A DNA stretch of 64,000 nucleotides from Chloroflexota bacterium (GTDB taxonomy: Bacteria > Chloroflexota > UBA11872), in assembly GCA_965220075.1 (NCBI GenBank), contig OZ244806.1, forward strand, positions 392,332 through 456,331. The letters run 5' to 3'. A model generated the notes under the pieces. The model saw only the letters and a list, made by a program, of their open reading frames with translations. It did not search any database and was not told the origin of the DNA. Positions 22,556 to 32,443 of the stretch are shown piece by piece. Position numbers and translations under genes: made by a program. Position 1 is the stretch's first letter. Each line of letters begins with the position of its first letter.

Positions 22556-24018
22556 TGGTTGATCGCGGCGGCGTGCAGGATTGCAGGCGACCCATAGCCA
22601 CTAACCTTCTGGATCGATGGCACGTGGTATGGGCCGGGCGTCTGTTGCTTCTGGGCCTGGTGGCGTTCTGGTGGGGCGGATACGTCATACCCCATCTCTT
22701 CAGTCTGGTATTCCCCGAACTGCTACCGATCAGCGCCCTCCCCGCGCACCTCGACCCTGATTGGGAGGGGGCCGTTGCGAACAAGGTCTCCGCCGCCGCC
22801 TTTGCTTTAGTAGCGCTTCTGGCACTCATAAACAACATCCTCAGCCGTCTTCAGGCGGGTGGCCTGATCGTCGCTGGAGGCTGGGCCGTGTTGGCGGTGA
22901 CGGGCGCATTTCTTGCCTGGGCGGAGATAACCGACGCGCATAACGAGGCCCTGGGCATCGGGAAAGTGCTGTTCGGCCCGGGGAACGAGTATCACGTGCC
23001 CTGGCCCGTCTTGCTAGCCCCACTCATCATCGCGTTCATGGTCGCGATGGCGGTCTTTGTTCGCAGGGGGTTGCGTACCCCGGCAATCCGCACGCTCTTT
23101 ACCTTTGGCCTCATCGCCTGGCTGCTGGCCCCTTTGTATGACGCATGGTTCGAGAGCATTTTCCATTACCAAGAACCGGATACACGAATGCAACTGGGCG
23201 CGCTGCTCGAAGAGACGCTGGAGTTCGGCGGAACCCTGCTGATCGGCTGCGGTGCGGCGATCGCCTTGTGGGGCTTCACGGGATCACGGCCACTGTCCGG
23301 TGTGTTTGTTAGGCGCTGGCGCTGGTCGCTCATCGGGTCACTAGCCACCGTCGCCGTGCTTGGCGGTCTTGTGATCGCGTTCGTGTTCCATCCGCCTCTC
23401 GTTGATGCGCACACACCCACTCACATCGGCACCTTTCAGGTAACTCTCAGCGACCGGGGGGCCGTCACGCAGGAGCTCCACGTGCCTGCGGGAGTACTCG
23501 AGAAGATCAGCCTCCGGCTCGCTAATCGGGACCCAGGCGGCAACGCAGGAACCGTGATATGGCGTGTTATGGAGGGAGGAAGGTGGGGCGACATCCTGCG
23601 CGAAGGACGCCTAGATGTCGCCGCAAGGGACGGTCTGAGCTGGGAGAGCATTTTCTTTGTCCCGCCGATGATCATCGGGGCCGAAGGTCAGCGAATGGCC
23701 CTGCAGTTGGAAGCCGCCCTCGATCAACGGGCAAGCCTCCATATTGGCGCGACAAAGCTCGATCGGTACGAGGACGGTCGGCTCTGGGTCAACGAAGCGC
23801 AGGCGTGGCGGGATCAGGACCTTGAGTTCGTCGCCTATGCCGCGCCGGAGCTAACGCGCAACAAGCTGCGGGCGATCTGGCACCTTCTGACATCCGACTG
23901 GCGCTGGCCGGCACTGATGGCGAACCTGGCCTTCGAACTGACAATCATCACGCTGATCCCGGTCTTGCTGATTGGGACTGTGCTACCACGGCGTGACCGG
24001 CGCCATATGTCCTGCTGA
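22555..24018 (+). CDS. Hypothetical polytopic membrane protein with extracytoplasmic beta-rich domain
   Basis: 487-aa ORF, about 7 TM helices, LLEETLEFGG, soluble domain, C-terminal TM; codon usage visibly less GC-rich than neighbours. Confidence 0.75.
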   Translation: MVDRGGVQDCRRPIATNLLDRWHVVWAGRLLLLGLVAFWWGGYVIPHLFSLVFPELLPISALPAHLDPDWEGAVANKVSAAAFALVALLALINNILSRLQAGGLIVAGGWAVLAVTGAFLAWAEITDAHNEALGIGKVLFGPGNEYHVPWPVLLAPLIIAFMVAMAVFVRRGLRTPAIRTLFTFGLIAWLLAPLYDAWFESIFHYQEPDTRMQLGALLEETLEFGGTLLIGCGAAIALWGFTGSRPLSGVFVRRWRWSLIGSLATVAVLGGLVIAFVFHPPLVDAHTPTHIGTFQVTLSDRGAVTQELHVPAGVLEKISLRLANRDPGGNAGTVIWRVMEGGRWGDILREGRLDVAARDGLSWESIFFVPPMIIGAEGQRMALQLEAALDQRASLHIGATKLDRYEDGRLWVNEAQAWRDQDLEFVAYAAPELTRNKLRAIWHLLTSDWRWPALMANLAFELTIITLIPVLLIGTVLPRRDRRHMSC

Positions 24019-24274
24019 CGAACACAAGGCGGCCGCGCGTGTCCATATGTACGGCAGCCGACAATATGCGGTCGGCCCGCCAGCAAGACGCTTGGCGGCG
24101 GCGGGTGATCAGCGCGTGCAGGTGGTGGGTGGCCGCATCCGGGCGCGGGCGCACCGGCGGCGGGACCTCGGCGGCGAAACGGGCCAGCCCCGCGCGCGGC
24201 GCACCAGCGCGGCCTGGCCCGCGGGCGACGTCCAGGCCGAGATCCCGGGTCTGAGGCATTTCGGTACGCTCCCA

Positions 24275-24493
24275 TGGTGCGCCGGCCTCCCGCCCAGCCT
24301 TGCAAGATGCGGGCTCGCCACGGCGGCCCTGGCAACGGTTCGGGCTCCGGGCTGGCGCCAAGGGCCGGGACGACCACGCTACAGTTCGGTCTCTTGGGAC
24401 CTAGGGGCGGACGGTCTGTCCCGGCCCGGTTCCTACCCTCGGACGATCCGAGGGTCTTGAAACATACAAGTAACGGTTCGCGAACCGCCCTAC
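24275..24493. repeat. Cluster of GTAG-type REP-like palindromes and a perfect hairpin
   Basis: Minus-strand GTAGGGCGGTTCGCGAACCG (24493-24474); degenerate units at 24275-24383 and 24401-24436; ACCCTCGGA-CGA-TCCGAGGGT at 24435-24455. Confidence 0.65.
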
Positions 24494-24541
24494 GCCGGCC
24501 TCCGGGCCCTTTTCAGGTGAATTGCCCGCGTGAGGGAGGAC

Positions 24542-25849
<1,308 letters not shown>

Positions 25850-25954
25850 GAGTGACTCCTGCTTGTCGCGTTCAGGCGGCCGCTGGACGTGCGCCCGCCC
25901 GACGGCGCGGATCGCACCGCCCGCCGCGCTCGAGGCGGCGCTGCCTGGACGCGC

Positions 25955-27646
25955 TCACTCCGACATCTCCGTCACGGCCGCCGGTGTGATCGCGCGGCCT
26001 TCGACGTGCCGCATGGCGGCTTGTACGAATCCCCGAAAGAGTGGATGCGCGCGGTTGGGACGTGAGCCGAACTCGGGGTGAAACTGCGAGCCCACGAACC
26101 ATGGATGCCCCTCCAGCTCGATGATCTCCACAAGCTCGCCGTCGGGCGAAACGCCGCTGAAACGCATCCCTTGCGACTGCAGAATATCGCGGTACTCGTT
26201 GTTGACTTCCATTCGATGGCGATGCCGTTCGTCGGTGCGGTCGCGGCCGTACGTCTCGTGCACCTTCGTGCCCCTGGCCAGCTCGCAGGGCCATAGCCCC
26301 AGGCGCATGGAGCCGCCCAGGTTGGCCACGTTGTAGTACTGCGGCATCGGATGGATCACGGGGTGCTTGGCGTCGGGGTCGAACTCGATGCTATTGCACT
26401 CGTCCGTGCCCAGCACCTTGCGCGCGAACTCGATGACGGCGACCTGCATGCCTAAACACAGCCCGAGATATGGGACGCGCTGGGTGCGCGCGTAGTTGGC
26501 GGCTACGATCTTGCCCTCGATCCCGCGGCCGCCAAATCCTCCCGGCACCACGATGCCCGCGACTCCGCCGAGCAGGTCGGCCGGGTCGCGGTCCTCGAGA
26601 TCCTCCGAGTCAACCCAGCGGATCCGCGGCGCCACGCGCAACTCGATTCCCGTGTGGCGAAGGGCCTCCACCACGCTCAAGTAGGAGTCGGTCAACGTCA
26701 CGTATTTGCCCACGACGGCGATTTCCAGCCCCGGCAGCGGCGAACCCAGCACGTCCACTATCCGGCGCCATGCGTCCAGGTCGGGCGGCGCGGGGTCGAG
26801 CCCGAAGTGCTCGCAAATGAAGGCGCCCAGCCCGGCCTCCTCCAGGATCAACGGCACTTCGTAGATGTTGGACGCGTCCGGATTGGAAACCACCGCGTCG
26901 GATTCCACGTCGGCGAACAGCGCGACCTTCTCGACCAGCTCTTCGGTCAGCCGTTCGTCCGCCCGGCACACGATCACGTCCGGTTGAACGCCTACGCTGC
27001 GCAGCTCGCGCACGCTGTGCTGGGTGGGTTTCGTCTTCAGCTCGCCGGTGCCTCCGATCCGCGGGATCAGCGTCACGTGCACGAAGAGCACGTGCTCGTG
27101 GCCGGCCTCCCGGCGCATCTGGCGAAGCGCTTCGAGGAAGGGGATGTTCTCGATGTCGCCGACTATGCCCCCCACCTCGACGATCACGATCTGGGCGTCG
27201 CTGGGACCGCCCACGTCGCGGATACGCGCTTTGATCTCGTCGGTCACGTGCGGGATCACTTGAATCGTGCCGCCCAGAAAGTCGCCGCGCCGCTCGCGCC
27301 TTATCACCCGGTCGTAGACGCGGCCCGTAGTCAGGTTCGAAGCGACCGTCAGGTTCTCGTCGATGAACCGCTCATAGTGGCCCAGATCGAGGTCGGTCTC
27401 CGCCCCGTCCACCGTCACGAACACCTCGCCGTGCTGCAGGGGGCTCATGGTGCCGGGGTCCGTGTTGATATAAGGGTCCAGCTTCATGACCGAGACTCGC
27501 AGGCCGCGGCTCTTGAGCAGGCGTCCGATGCTGGCCACGCACACACCCTTGCCCACGCCGCTCACCACGCCGCCGGTTACGAAGATGTAGCGCCGCGGCT
27601 CTTTGCTGCCGGCGGCGCGCTCCGGCGGCTGCTCGCGCGTGCTCAC
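25955..27646 (-). CDS. pyrG: CTP synthase
   Basis: YIFVTGGVVSGVGKG, DPGTMSP.QHGEVFV, KTKPTQHSV, VPGGFG, GLCLGMQ, QFHPE. Confidence 0.98.
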   Translation of the reverse strand: MSTREQPPERAAGSKEPRRYIFVTGGVVSGVGKGVCVASIGRLLKSRGLRVSVMKLDPYINTDPGTMSPLQHGEVFVTVDGAETDLDLGHYERFIDENLTVASNLTTGRVYDRVIRRERRGDFLGGTIQVIPHVTDEIKARIRDVGGPSDAQIVIVEVGGIVGDIENIPFLEALRQMRREAGHEHVLFVHVTLIPRIGGTGELKTKPTQHSVRELRSVGVQPDVIVCRADERLTEELVEKVALFADVESDAVVSNPDASNIYEVPLILEEAGLGAFICEHFGLDPAPPDLDAWRRIVDVLGSPLPGLEIAVVGKYVTLTDSYLSVVEALRHTGIELRVAPRIRWVDSEDLEDRDPADLLGGVAGIVVPGGFGGRGIEGKIVAANYARTQRVPYLGLCLGMQVAVIEFARKVLGTDECNSIEFDPDAKHPVIHPMPQYYNVANLGGSMRLGLWPCELARGTKVHETYGRDRTDERHRHRMEVNNEYRDILQSQGMRFSGVSPDGELVEIIELEGHPWFVGSQFHPEFGSRPNRAHPLFRGFVQAAMRHVEGRAITPAAVTEMSE

Positions 27647-27677
27647 CGGCCGGGGTTCCAGCGGTTGCGGCGCTGAA

Positions 27678-28325
27678 TCATTGCCCGCGCGGCTCTATGA
27701 CCTGAACGCTGGTCGGGTCGGGAAGATTGTTGCGCGTGACGACCAGGCGTGCGGCGCTCTGCAGCTCCGCGCCGCTCAGCTCTTGCGCGGTCGCGCGCCA
27801 CCCCTCCAGCCCGTCCGCGCGGGCGTGGCCGCGCGGGCCGAAGGGAACCGCCACGTTTGGCTCGATCCGGCTGATGGCCTGCAGCGTGGCGTCGCTGGCC
27901 GCGCCGTTGGATTGACCCTCCACGTTTATGAGCAGCACGTGTATGGCCCCCAGCGCGTCCAGCAGATCGTCGCTTGGTTCATTGTTCAGGGTGGCCACGT
28001 AGCCTACCGATATCCGATCGATCTCGATCGTGAAGAGCGTAGTCGACGAGCGCGCGCCGCTGGGATCCTCGGCGACCGCGTGCACGTACACGCCGGCCAC
28101 CTCGTATTCGCCGGGACCGGACACGACGAAGGGCTCGCGGCCGTCCTTGTGCGGGCGCACCAGAGAGGCGGGCGCGTCGGCGGGAAGCTCCTCACTCAGC
28201 GTCACCAGATCGGCTTTGGGGCGCGCACTGCGCGGCATGCTTGCGGCCGTGTGGGGGTCCGTGGCGACGGCTGCGTCGCGTCCGCGGAGACGGAAGCACG
28301 CGCCGCCAAGCCACGTTACTTCCAT
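27678..28325 (-). CDS. MBL-fold protein (Lactamase_B_3-like), metal motif degenerate
   Basis: MEVTWLGGACFRLRG..TDP..SGPGEYEVAGV..IEPNVAVP; the expected His-rich motif reads SEELPADA. Confidence 0.8.
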   Translation of the reverse strand: MEVTWLGGACFRLRGRDAAVATDPHTAASMPRSARPKADLVTLSEELPADAPASLVRPHKDGREPFVVSGPGEYEVAGVYVHAVAEDPSGARSSTTLFTIEIDRISVGYVATLNNEPSDDLLDALGAIHVLLINVEGQSNGAASDATLQAISRIEPNVAVPFGPRGHARADGLEGWRATAQELSGAELQSAARLVVTRNNLPDPTSVQVIEPRGQ

Positions 28326-28456
28326 CCGCGCCTACTGTTCCATGGGCGGCGCGGTCGGGCGACCCGCCGGCAAATTGTAGCATGGGGCTCCTTCCCGACC
28401 GTTCGCGCCTCCAGTTTGGGATACACTCGAGCGGAGCTTTGCGGCGGTTTTGTACT

Positions 28457-29293
28457 GTGTTTGTTGCCACAAAATTCCCAACCAATTTAGCCCATCGAGT
28501 CGCCTCCGCGGCGCGTGAGCTGGCCGCCTACGGCGACCTCCTGCGCAACCTGGTAGCGCGCGACCTCAAGCTGCGCTACCGCGGCTCGGCGCTCGGTTTT
28601 GCCTGGTCGCTGCTGAACCCCTTGCTCATGACGGGGGTGTTCACGATCGTCTTCGGCGTCCTCTCTAAGAGCGAGATCGAACGCTACCCGCTGTTCCTGA
28701 TGGCCGCGCTGGTGCCCTGGCTCTTCACCCAGCACGCGCTGACGGCCGCCATGCGCAGCGTGACCTCCAACGCCCAGCTCATCAAGAAAGTGTACTTCCC
28801 GCGTGAGCTGCTGCCGGTCAGCGCCGTGCTGGCCAGCTTCGTCAACTTCCTGCTGGCCTACGGCGTCTTCTGGATCATCGGCCTGATATTCGGCGTCGGC
28901 AACACGCGCGCCATGGCCTTCGTGCCCCTCGTAATGCTGCTGCACCTGGCTCTGATAATGGGCCTGGCGCTCATCCTGGCCACCGCCAACGTCTTCTTTC
29001 GCGACACCGAGCACCTGGTGGAGATCGGCCTGCTGGCCTGGTTTTTCCTCACGCCCATCTTCTACAAGATGGACATCGTTCCCAACAACACGTTTCTCGG
29101 TCTCGACGTTCACCGCTGGGTCTTCTCGCTCAACCCCATGGCTACGCTCGTGACCGACTATCGCTATGCCGTGATGTCGGGCGACTTTCCCATCAGGCAC
29201 ACCATGGTCACCGTCGCCACCGCGCTGATAGCGGTCTCCGTCGGCTGGTATCTGTTCCGCCGCTTCGCGCCACGCTTCGCCGAGGAGCTCTAG
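28457..29293 (+). CDS. wzm: Polysaccharide ABC transporter permease (start approximate)
   Basis: RDLKLRYRGSALGFAWSLLNPLL, LIKKVYFPRE, FFRD, FFLTPIFY, LNPM, FAEEL. Confidence 0.95.
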   Translation: MFVATKFPTNLAHRVASAARELAAYGDLLRNLVARDLKLRYRGSALGFAWSLLNPLLMTGVFTIVFGVLSKSEIERYPLFLMAALVPWLFTQHALTAAMRSVTSNAQLIKKVYFPRELLPVSAVLASFVNFLLAYGVFWIIGLIFGVGNTRAMAFVPLVMLLHLALIMGLALILATANVFFRDTEHLVEIGLLAWFFLTPIFYKMDIVPNNTFLGLDVHRWVFSLNPMATLVTDYRYAVMSGDFPIRHTMVTVATALIAVSVGWYLFRRFAPRFAEEL

Positions 29294-29294
29294 G

Positions 29295-31004
29295 GTGACC
29301 GCGCCCGCCATCGAGCTGCGCGGCGTGCGCAAGCGTTTCGTCATCCGCCACGCCGCGGCGCGCTCGCTGCAGGGCACCCTGCTGGCCTTCCTGGGCCGCC
29401 GCGACATCCGGCACGAGGAGTTCTGGGCGCTGGACGGAGTGGACCTCACGGTTCCGCGCGGCGAGACCTTGGGCATTATTGGACCTAACGGCTCCGGCAA
29501 GACCACCGTCCTCAAGCTGCTGGCGCGCACCATCCAGCCCACTTCCGGCGCCATCCACACGGGCGGCAAGGTGTTCGGTTTGCTGGAGCTGGGCGCCGGC
29601 ATGCACCCCGATCTGACCGGCCGCGAGAACATCTTTCTCAACGGGGCGTTCCTGGGCCTGCGGCGCCGCACGATTCAGGATCTCTACGACCGCATCGTCG
29701 ACTTCGCCGAGCTGCACCAGTTCATCGACACGCCGGTCAAGCACTACTCGTCCGGCATGTTCATGCGCCTCGGCTTCGCGATCGCGCTCAACGTCGATCC
29801 CGACATTTTGCTCATCGACGAGGCGCTGGCGGTCGGCGACGCGCGCTTCACGGCCAAGTGCTACGCGGCGCTCTCCGAGGTCAAGCGCAAGGGACGCACC
29901 ATCGTCTTCGTCTCGCACGACCCCATCCAGGTGCGGCGCTTTTGCGACCGCGTGCTCTGGCTGGACGCCGGGCGGGCGCGCATGCTGGGCGACCCGCGCG
30001 AGATCATTCAGGCCTACATTCGCAACATGCGTATCGAATCGGCGCCGGCCCAGCCCTTGCCTAGCCGCACTCCGGTCGCCGAGGGTTCCGGCGAGGCGCG
30101 CATTCGAGCCGCTCTCCTGCTCGACGAAGATGGAAGGACGGAGCGCCACGACTGTCTGCCCGGCGGCCACGCTCTCCTGCGGCTGGAGTTGGAAACGGAC
30201 CGCTATATCGAGGACGTGGTGGTGGGGTTCGGGCTGCGCCGCAGCGACGGGCTGCTCGTGTGGGAGTCATCCACCGCCTCCACGATCGGCCCCGTGGAGC
30301 TCATGCCCGGGCGCACGCAGATCGATTGCCGGCTGGGGCCGTTGCCCTTGGGCGCCGGCGCCTATCACGTCTCGCTGGGCGCCTGGCCCGCCAGCGACCG
30401 CATGCGGCCGTTCCACGTCTGGCCCAACGCGCTCTCGCTGTTCGTGGCGCGCGCCGCCGGCACGCAGCGCGGAAGCGCGGTGGTGCCCGCGCAGTGGCGC
30501 GTGAGCGCCTCCGCCGCGCACGCCCCGCTCGAGTCCGCCCGCGATCCGGTGCCCCAGCCCGACATGGTCACCGTCGACGGTGGTCCCATCTGGTCGCCGC
30601 CGCCCGACCGCATCACGATCGGCGACAAGGATGACGAGTGGCTGGGCGCCGGCTGGTATCCGCCCGAGGATTGGCCGCCGCACGTGCGCTGGACCACCGA
30701 TAGCGCCCGCGCTTACGTCACCCAAGGCGTTGGCCAGGGCGCTCTTGTGCTCTCCGTTTGCCGCCCTCTTCATGCAGCGCACCCGGTCGCGGCCCACGTC
30801 CGCATCGACGGCAAGCGCGTCGCCACTTTCCGCGTGCACGGGATGGATTTCGAGGACGTGGTCGTCCCGCTCGATCCGGTCGACGCGCCCAGCGCGCTGC
30901 AAGTGACCATCGAGGTAGACGAGGCCCTCGTGCCGGCCGCCGTTGGGCTGGACGACGACACCCGCAGGCTCGGACTGGCGGTTCGCTCCATCCGGGTGGA
31001 ATGA
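29295..31004 (+). CDS. wzt: Polysaccharide ABC transporter ATPase with Wzt_C domain and an extra C-terminal beta-sandwich-like domain
   Basis: GPNGSGKT, YSSGM, LLIDEALAVGD, VSH; Wzt_C-like region; extra GWY..E..RWT...D.RRLGLAV domain. Confidence 0.95.
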   Translation: MTAPAIELRGVRKRFVIRHAAARSLQGTLLAFLGRRDIRHEEFWALDGVDLTVPRGETLGIIGPNGSGKTTVLKLLARTIQPTSGAIHTGGKVFGLLELGAGMHPDLTGRENIFLNGAFLGLRRRTIQDLYDRIVDFAELHQFIDTPVKHYSSGMFMRLGFAIALNVDPDILLIDEALAVGDARFTAKCYAALSEVKRKGRTIVFVSHDPIQVRRFCDRVLWLDAGRARMLGDPREIIQAYIRNMRIESAPAQPLPSRTPVAEGSGEARIRAALLLDEDGRTERHDCLPGGHALLRLELETDRYIEDVVVGFGLRRSDGLLVWESSTASTIGPVELMPGRTQIDCRLGPLPLGAGAYHVSLGAWPASDRMRPFHVWPNALSLFVARAAGTQRGSAVVPAQWRVSASAAHAPLESARDPVPQPDMVTVDGGPIWSPPPDRITIGDKDDEWLGAGWYPPEDWPPHVRWTTDSARAYVTQGVGQGALVLSVCRPLHAAHPVAAHVRIDGKRVATFRVHGMDFEDVVVPLDPVDAPSALQVTIEVDEALVPAAVGLDDDTRRLGLAVRSIRVE

Positions 31005-32443
31005 CGCCCGCGCCGCGCGCGGGCAAACCGCGCCCCGCCGGTCGTCGCGCGCCGCCGAGCGCCGCCGCCGAGCTGCCGCCGGTGCGCGTGGTCATCCTGA
31101 ACTACAACGGGGCCGGATTTATCGAGCCCTGCCTGGCCGCGGCGCTGCAGACGGACTACCCGCATGTCGAGCTCGTGGTCGTGGACAACGCCTCGACGGA
31201 CGGCTCGCCGGACTCGGTGCGGCGTGAGTTCCCCCAGGTCACGCTGGTCGAGGCCGGCGCCAACATTGGCTTCGCGCGCGGCAACAACCTGGCTCTGCGC
31301 GGCGCCCAGTGCCCCTACGTGGCCTTGCTCAATCCCGACACACGTGTGTCGCCGGACTGGCTGCGGCCTCTCGTAGAGCGTCTCCAGGCGGACCCGCTGA
31401 CCGCCGGCGTCGGCCCCAAGATTCTCTTCGACCGTGACCGCGTGGCCGTGCGGCTCACTAGCGAGACTTTCCGTCCGCACGGCGCTGACGCGCGCGAGCT
31501 GGGCGCCCGCGTCTATGCCGCACGGCTGGCGCCGCCCGCCCGCGCCGGCGCGGTGGCGTTCAATCAGGGCGTCTTTGGCCTCGAAACCGATAGCGCCGGC
31601 CGCCCGTTTCGCTGGATGAGCGGTCGGGCCGAGCTGGCTGTTCCGGTTGCCGAGGGTCCTACTCGACTCGAGCTTGAGATGAGCGCCGGCGACGGGCGCT
31701 GCGCGGTTCCCTTCGAGGCCGCGGTCGACGGGACGCCGTTGCTGCGCACCCGTTTGAACGCGCCCAATACGTCGATTGAAATCGAGATTCCGGCCAGCCT
31801 GGCGGCGCGCGCGCGGCGTCCCGTGGTGGAGAACGCCGGCATCGCGCCCCTGCCGGACGGGTCCATGCGCGACAGGGGCACGCGCGTCTCCCAGGGCAAC
31901 GTCTGGCACGAGTGGGACGGCGGCCCGTTCGACCGCCCCGGTGAGGTGTTCGCGGTCAAGGGCGGCGCCGCGCTCTACCGCAGTGCCATGCTCGAGTCGC
32001 TCGACTACCTCGACCCCGGGTTCTTCATGTACTACGAGGACGCTGACCTATGCTGGCGTGCGCGCCGGCGCGGCTGGCGCTTCTGGTATGAGCCGGCGGC
32101 CGTGGTACGGCACTCGCGCGCCGCGCTGAGCGGCGAATGGTCGCCCGCGTTCATCCGCAACGTGGAGTCGGGAATGCTGCGCATGCTTGGCAAGAACGCG
32201 CCGCTCGCCTGGATGGGGCGGCAGGCGCTGCGCGCGGCCAGGGAGAGCGTTGACGGCCTTCTCCAGGCGGGCGGCGCGCGGCTGCGCGGACAGCCCGCCG
32301 ACTCGGGCGCCGCCGCCGCGCGTGCGGCCGCGCTGGCGCGCGTGGGACGCCAGTGGAGCGACATCAGGCGCCTGCGCCGGGTCGAGCGAGAGCTGGCGCC
32401 GCTCGACGGCCGCGAGCTCGTGCCCTTTGTGGAGGCCCCATGA
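31001..32443 (+). CDS. GT2 glycosyltransferase with ~130-aa inserted domain
   Basis: VVILNYNG, VVVDNASTDGS, NIGFARGNN, LLNPD, FFMYYEDADLCWR; insertion between PKI and ENAG; ATGA overlap with wzt. Confidence 0.92.
   Translation: MTPAPRAGKPRPAGRRAPPSAAAELPPVRVVILNYNGAGFIEPCLAAALQTDYPHVELVVVDNASTDGSPDSVRREFPQVTLVEAGANIGFARGNNLALRGAQCPYVALLNPDTRVSPDWLRPLVERLQADPLTAGVGPKILFDRDRVAVRLTSETFRPHGADARELGARVYAARLAPPARAGAVAFNQGVFGLETDSAGRPFRWMSGRAELAVPVAEGPTRLELEMSAGDGRCAVPFEAAVDGTPLLRTRLNAPNTSIEIEIPASLAARARRPVVENAGIAPLPDGSMRDRGTRVSQGNVWHEWDGGPFDRPGEVFAVKGGAALYRSAMLESLDYLDPGFFMYYEDADLCWRARRRGWRFWYEPAAVVRHSRAALSGEWSPAFIRNVESGMLRMLGKNAPLAWMGRQALRAARESVDGLLQAGGARLRGQPADSGAAAARAAALARVGRQWSDIRRLRRVERELAPLDGRELVPFVEAP

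Noticed and set aside
23948-24260. Minus-strand MPQTRDLGLDVARG resembling an acyltransferase N-terminus
   Set aside because: The similarity is limited to a few residues, with no hydrophobic continuation; too weak to call even a pseudogene.
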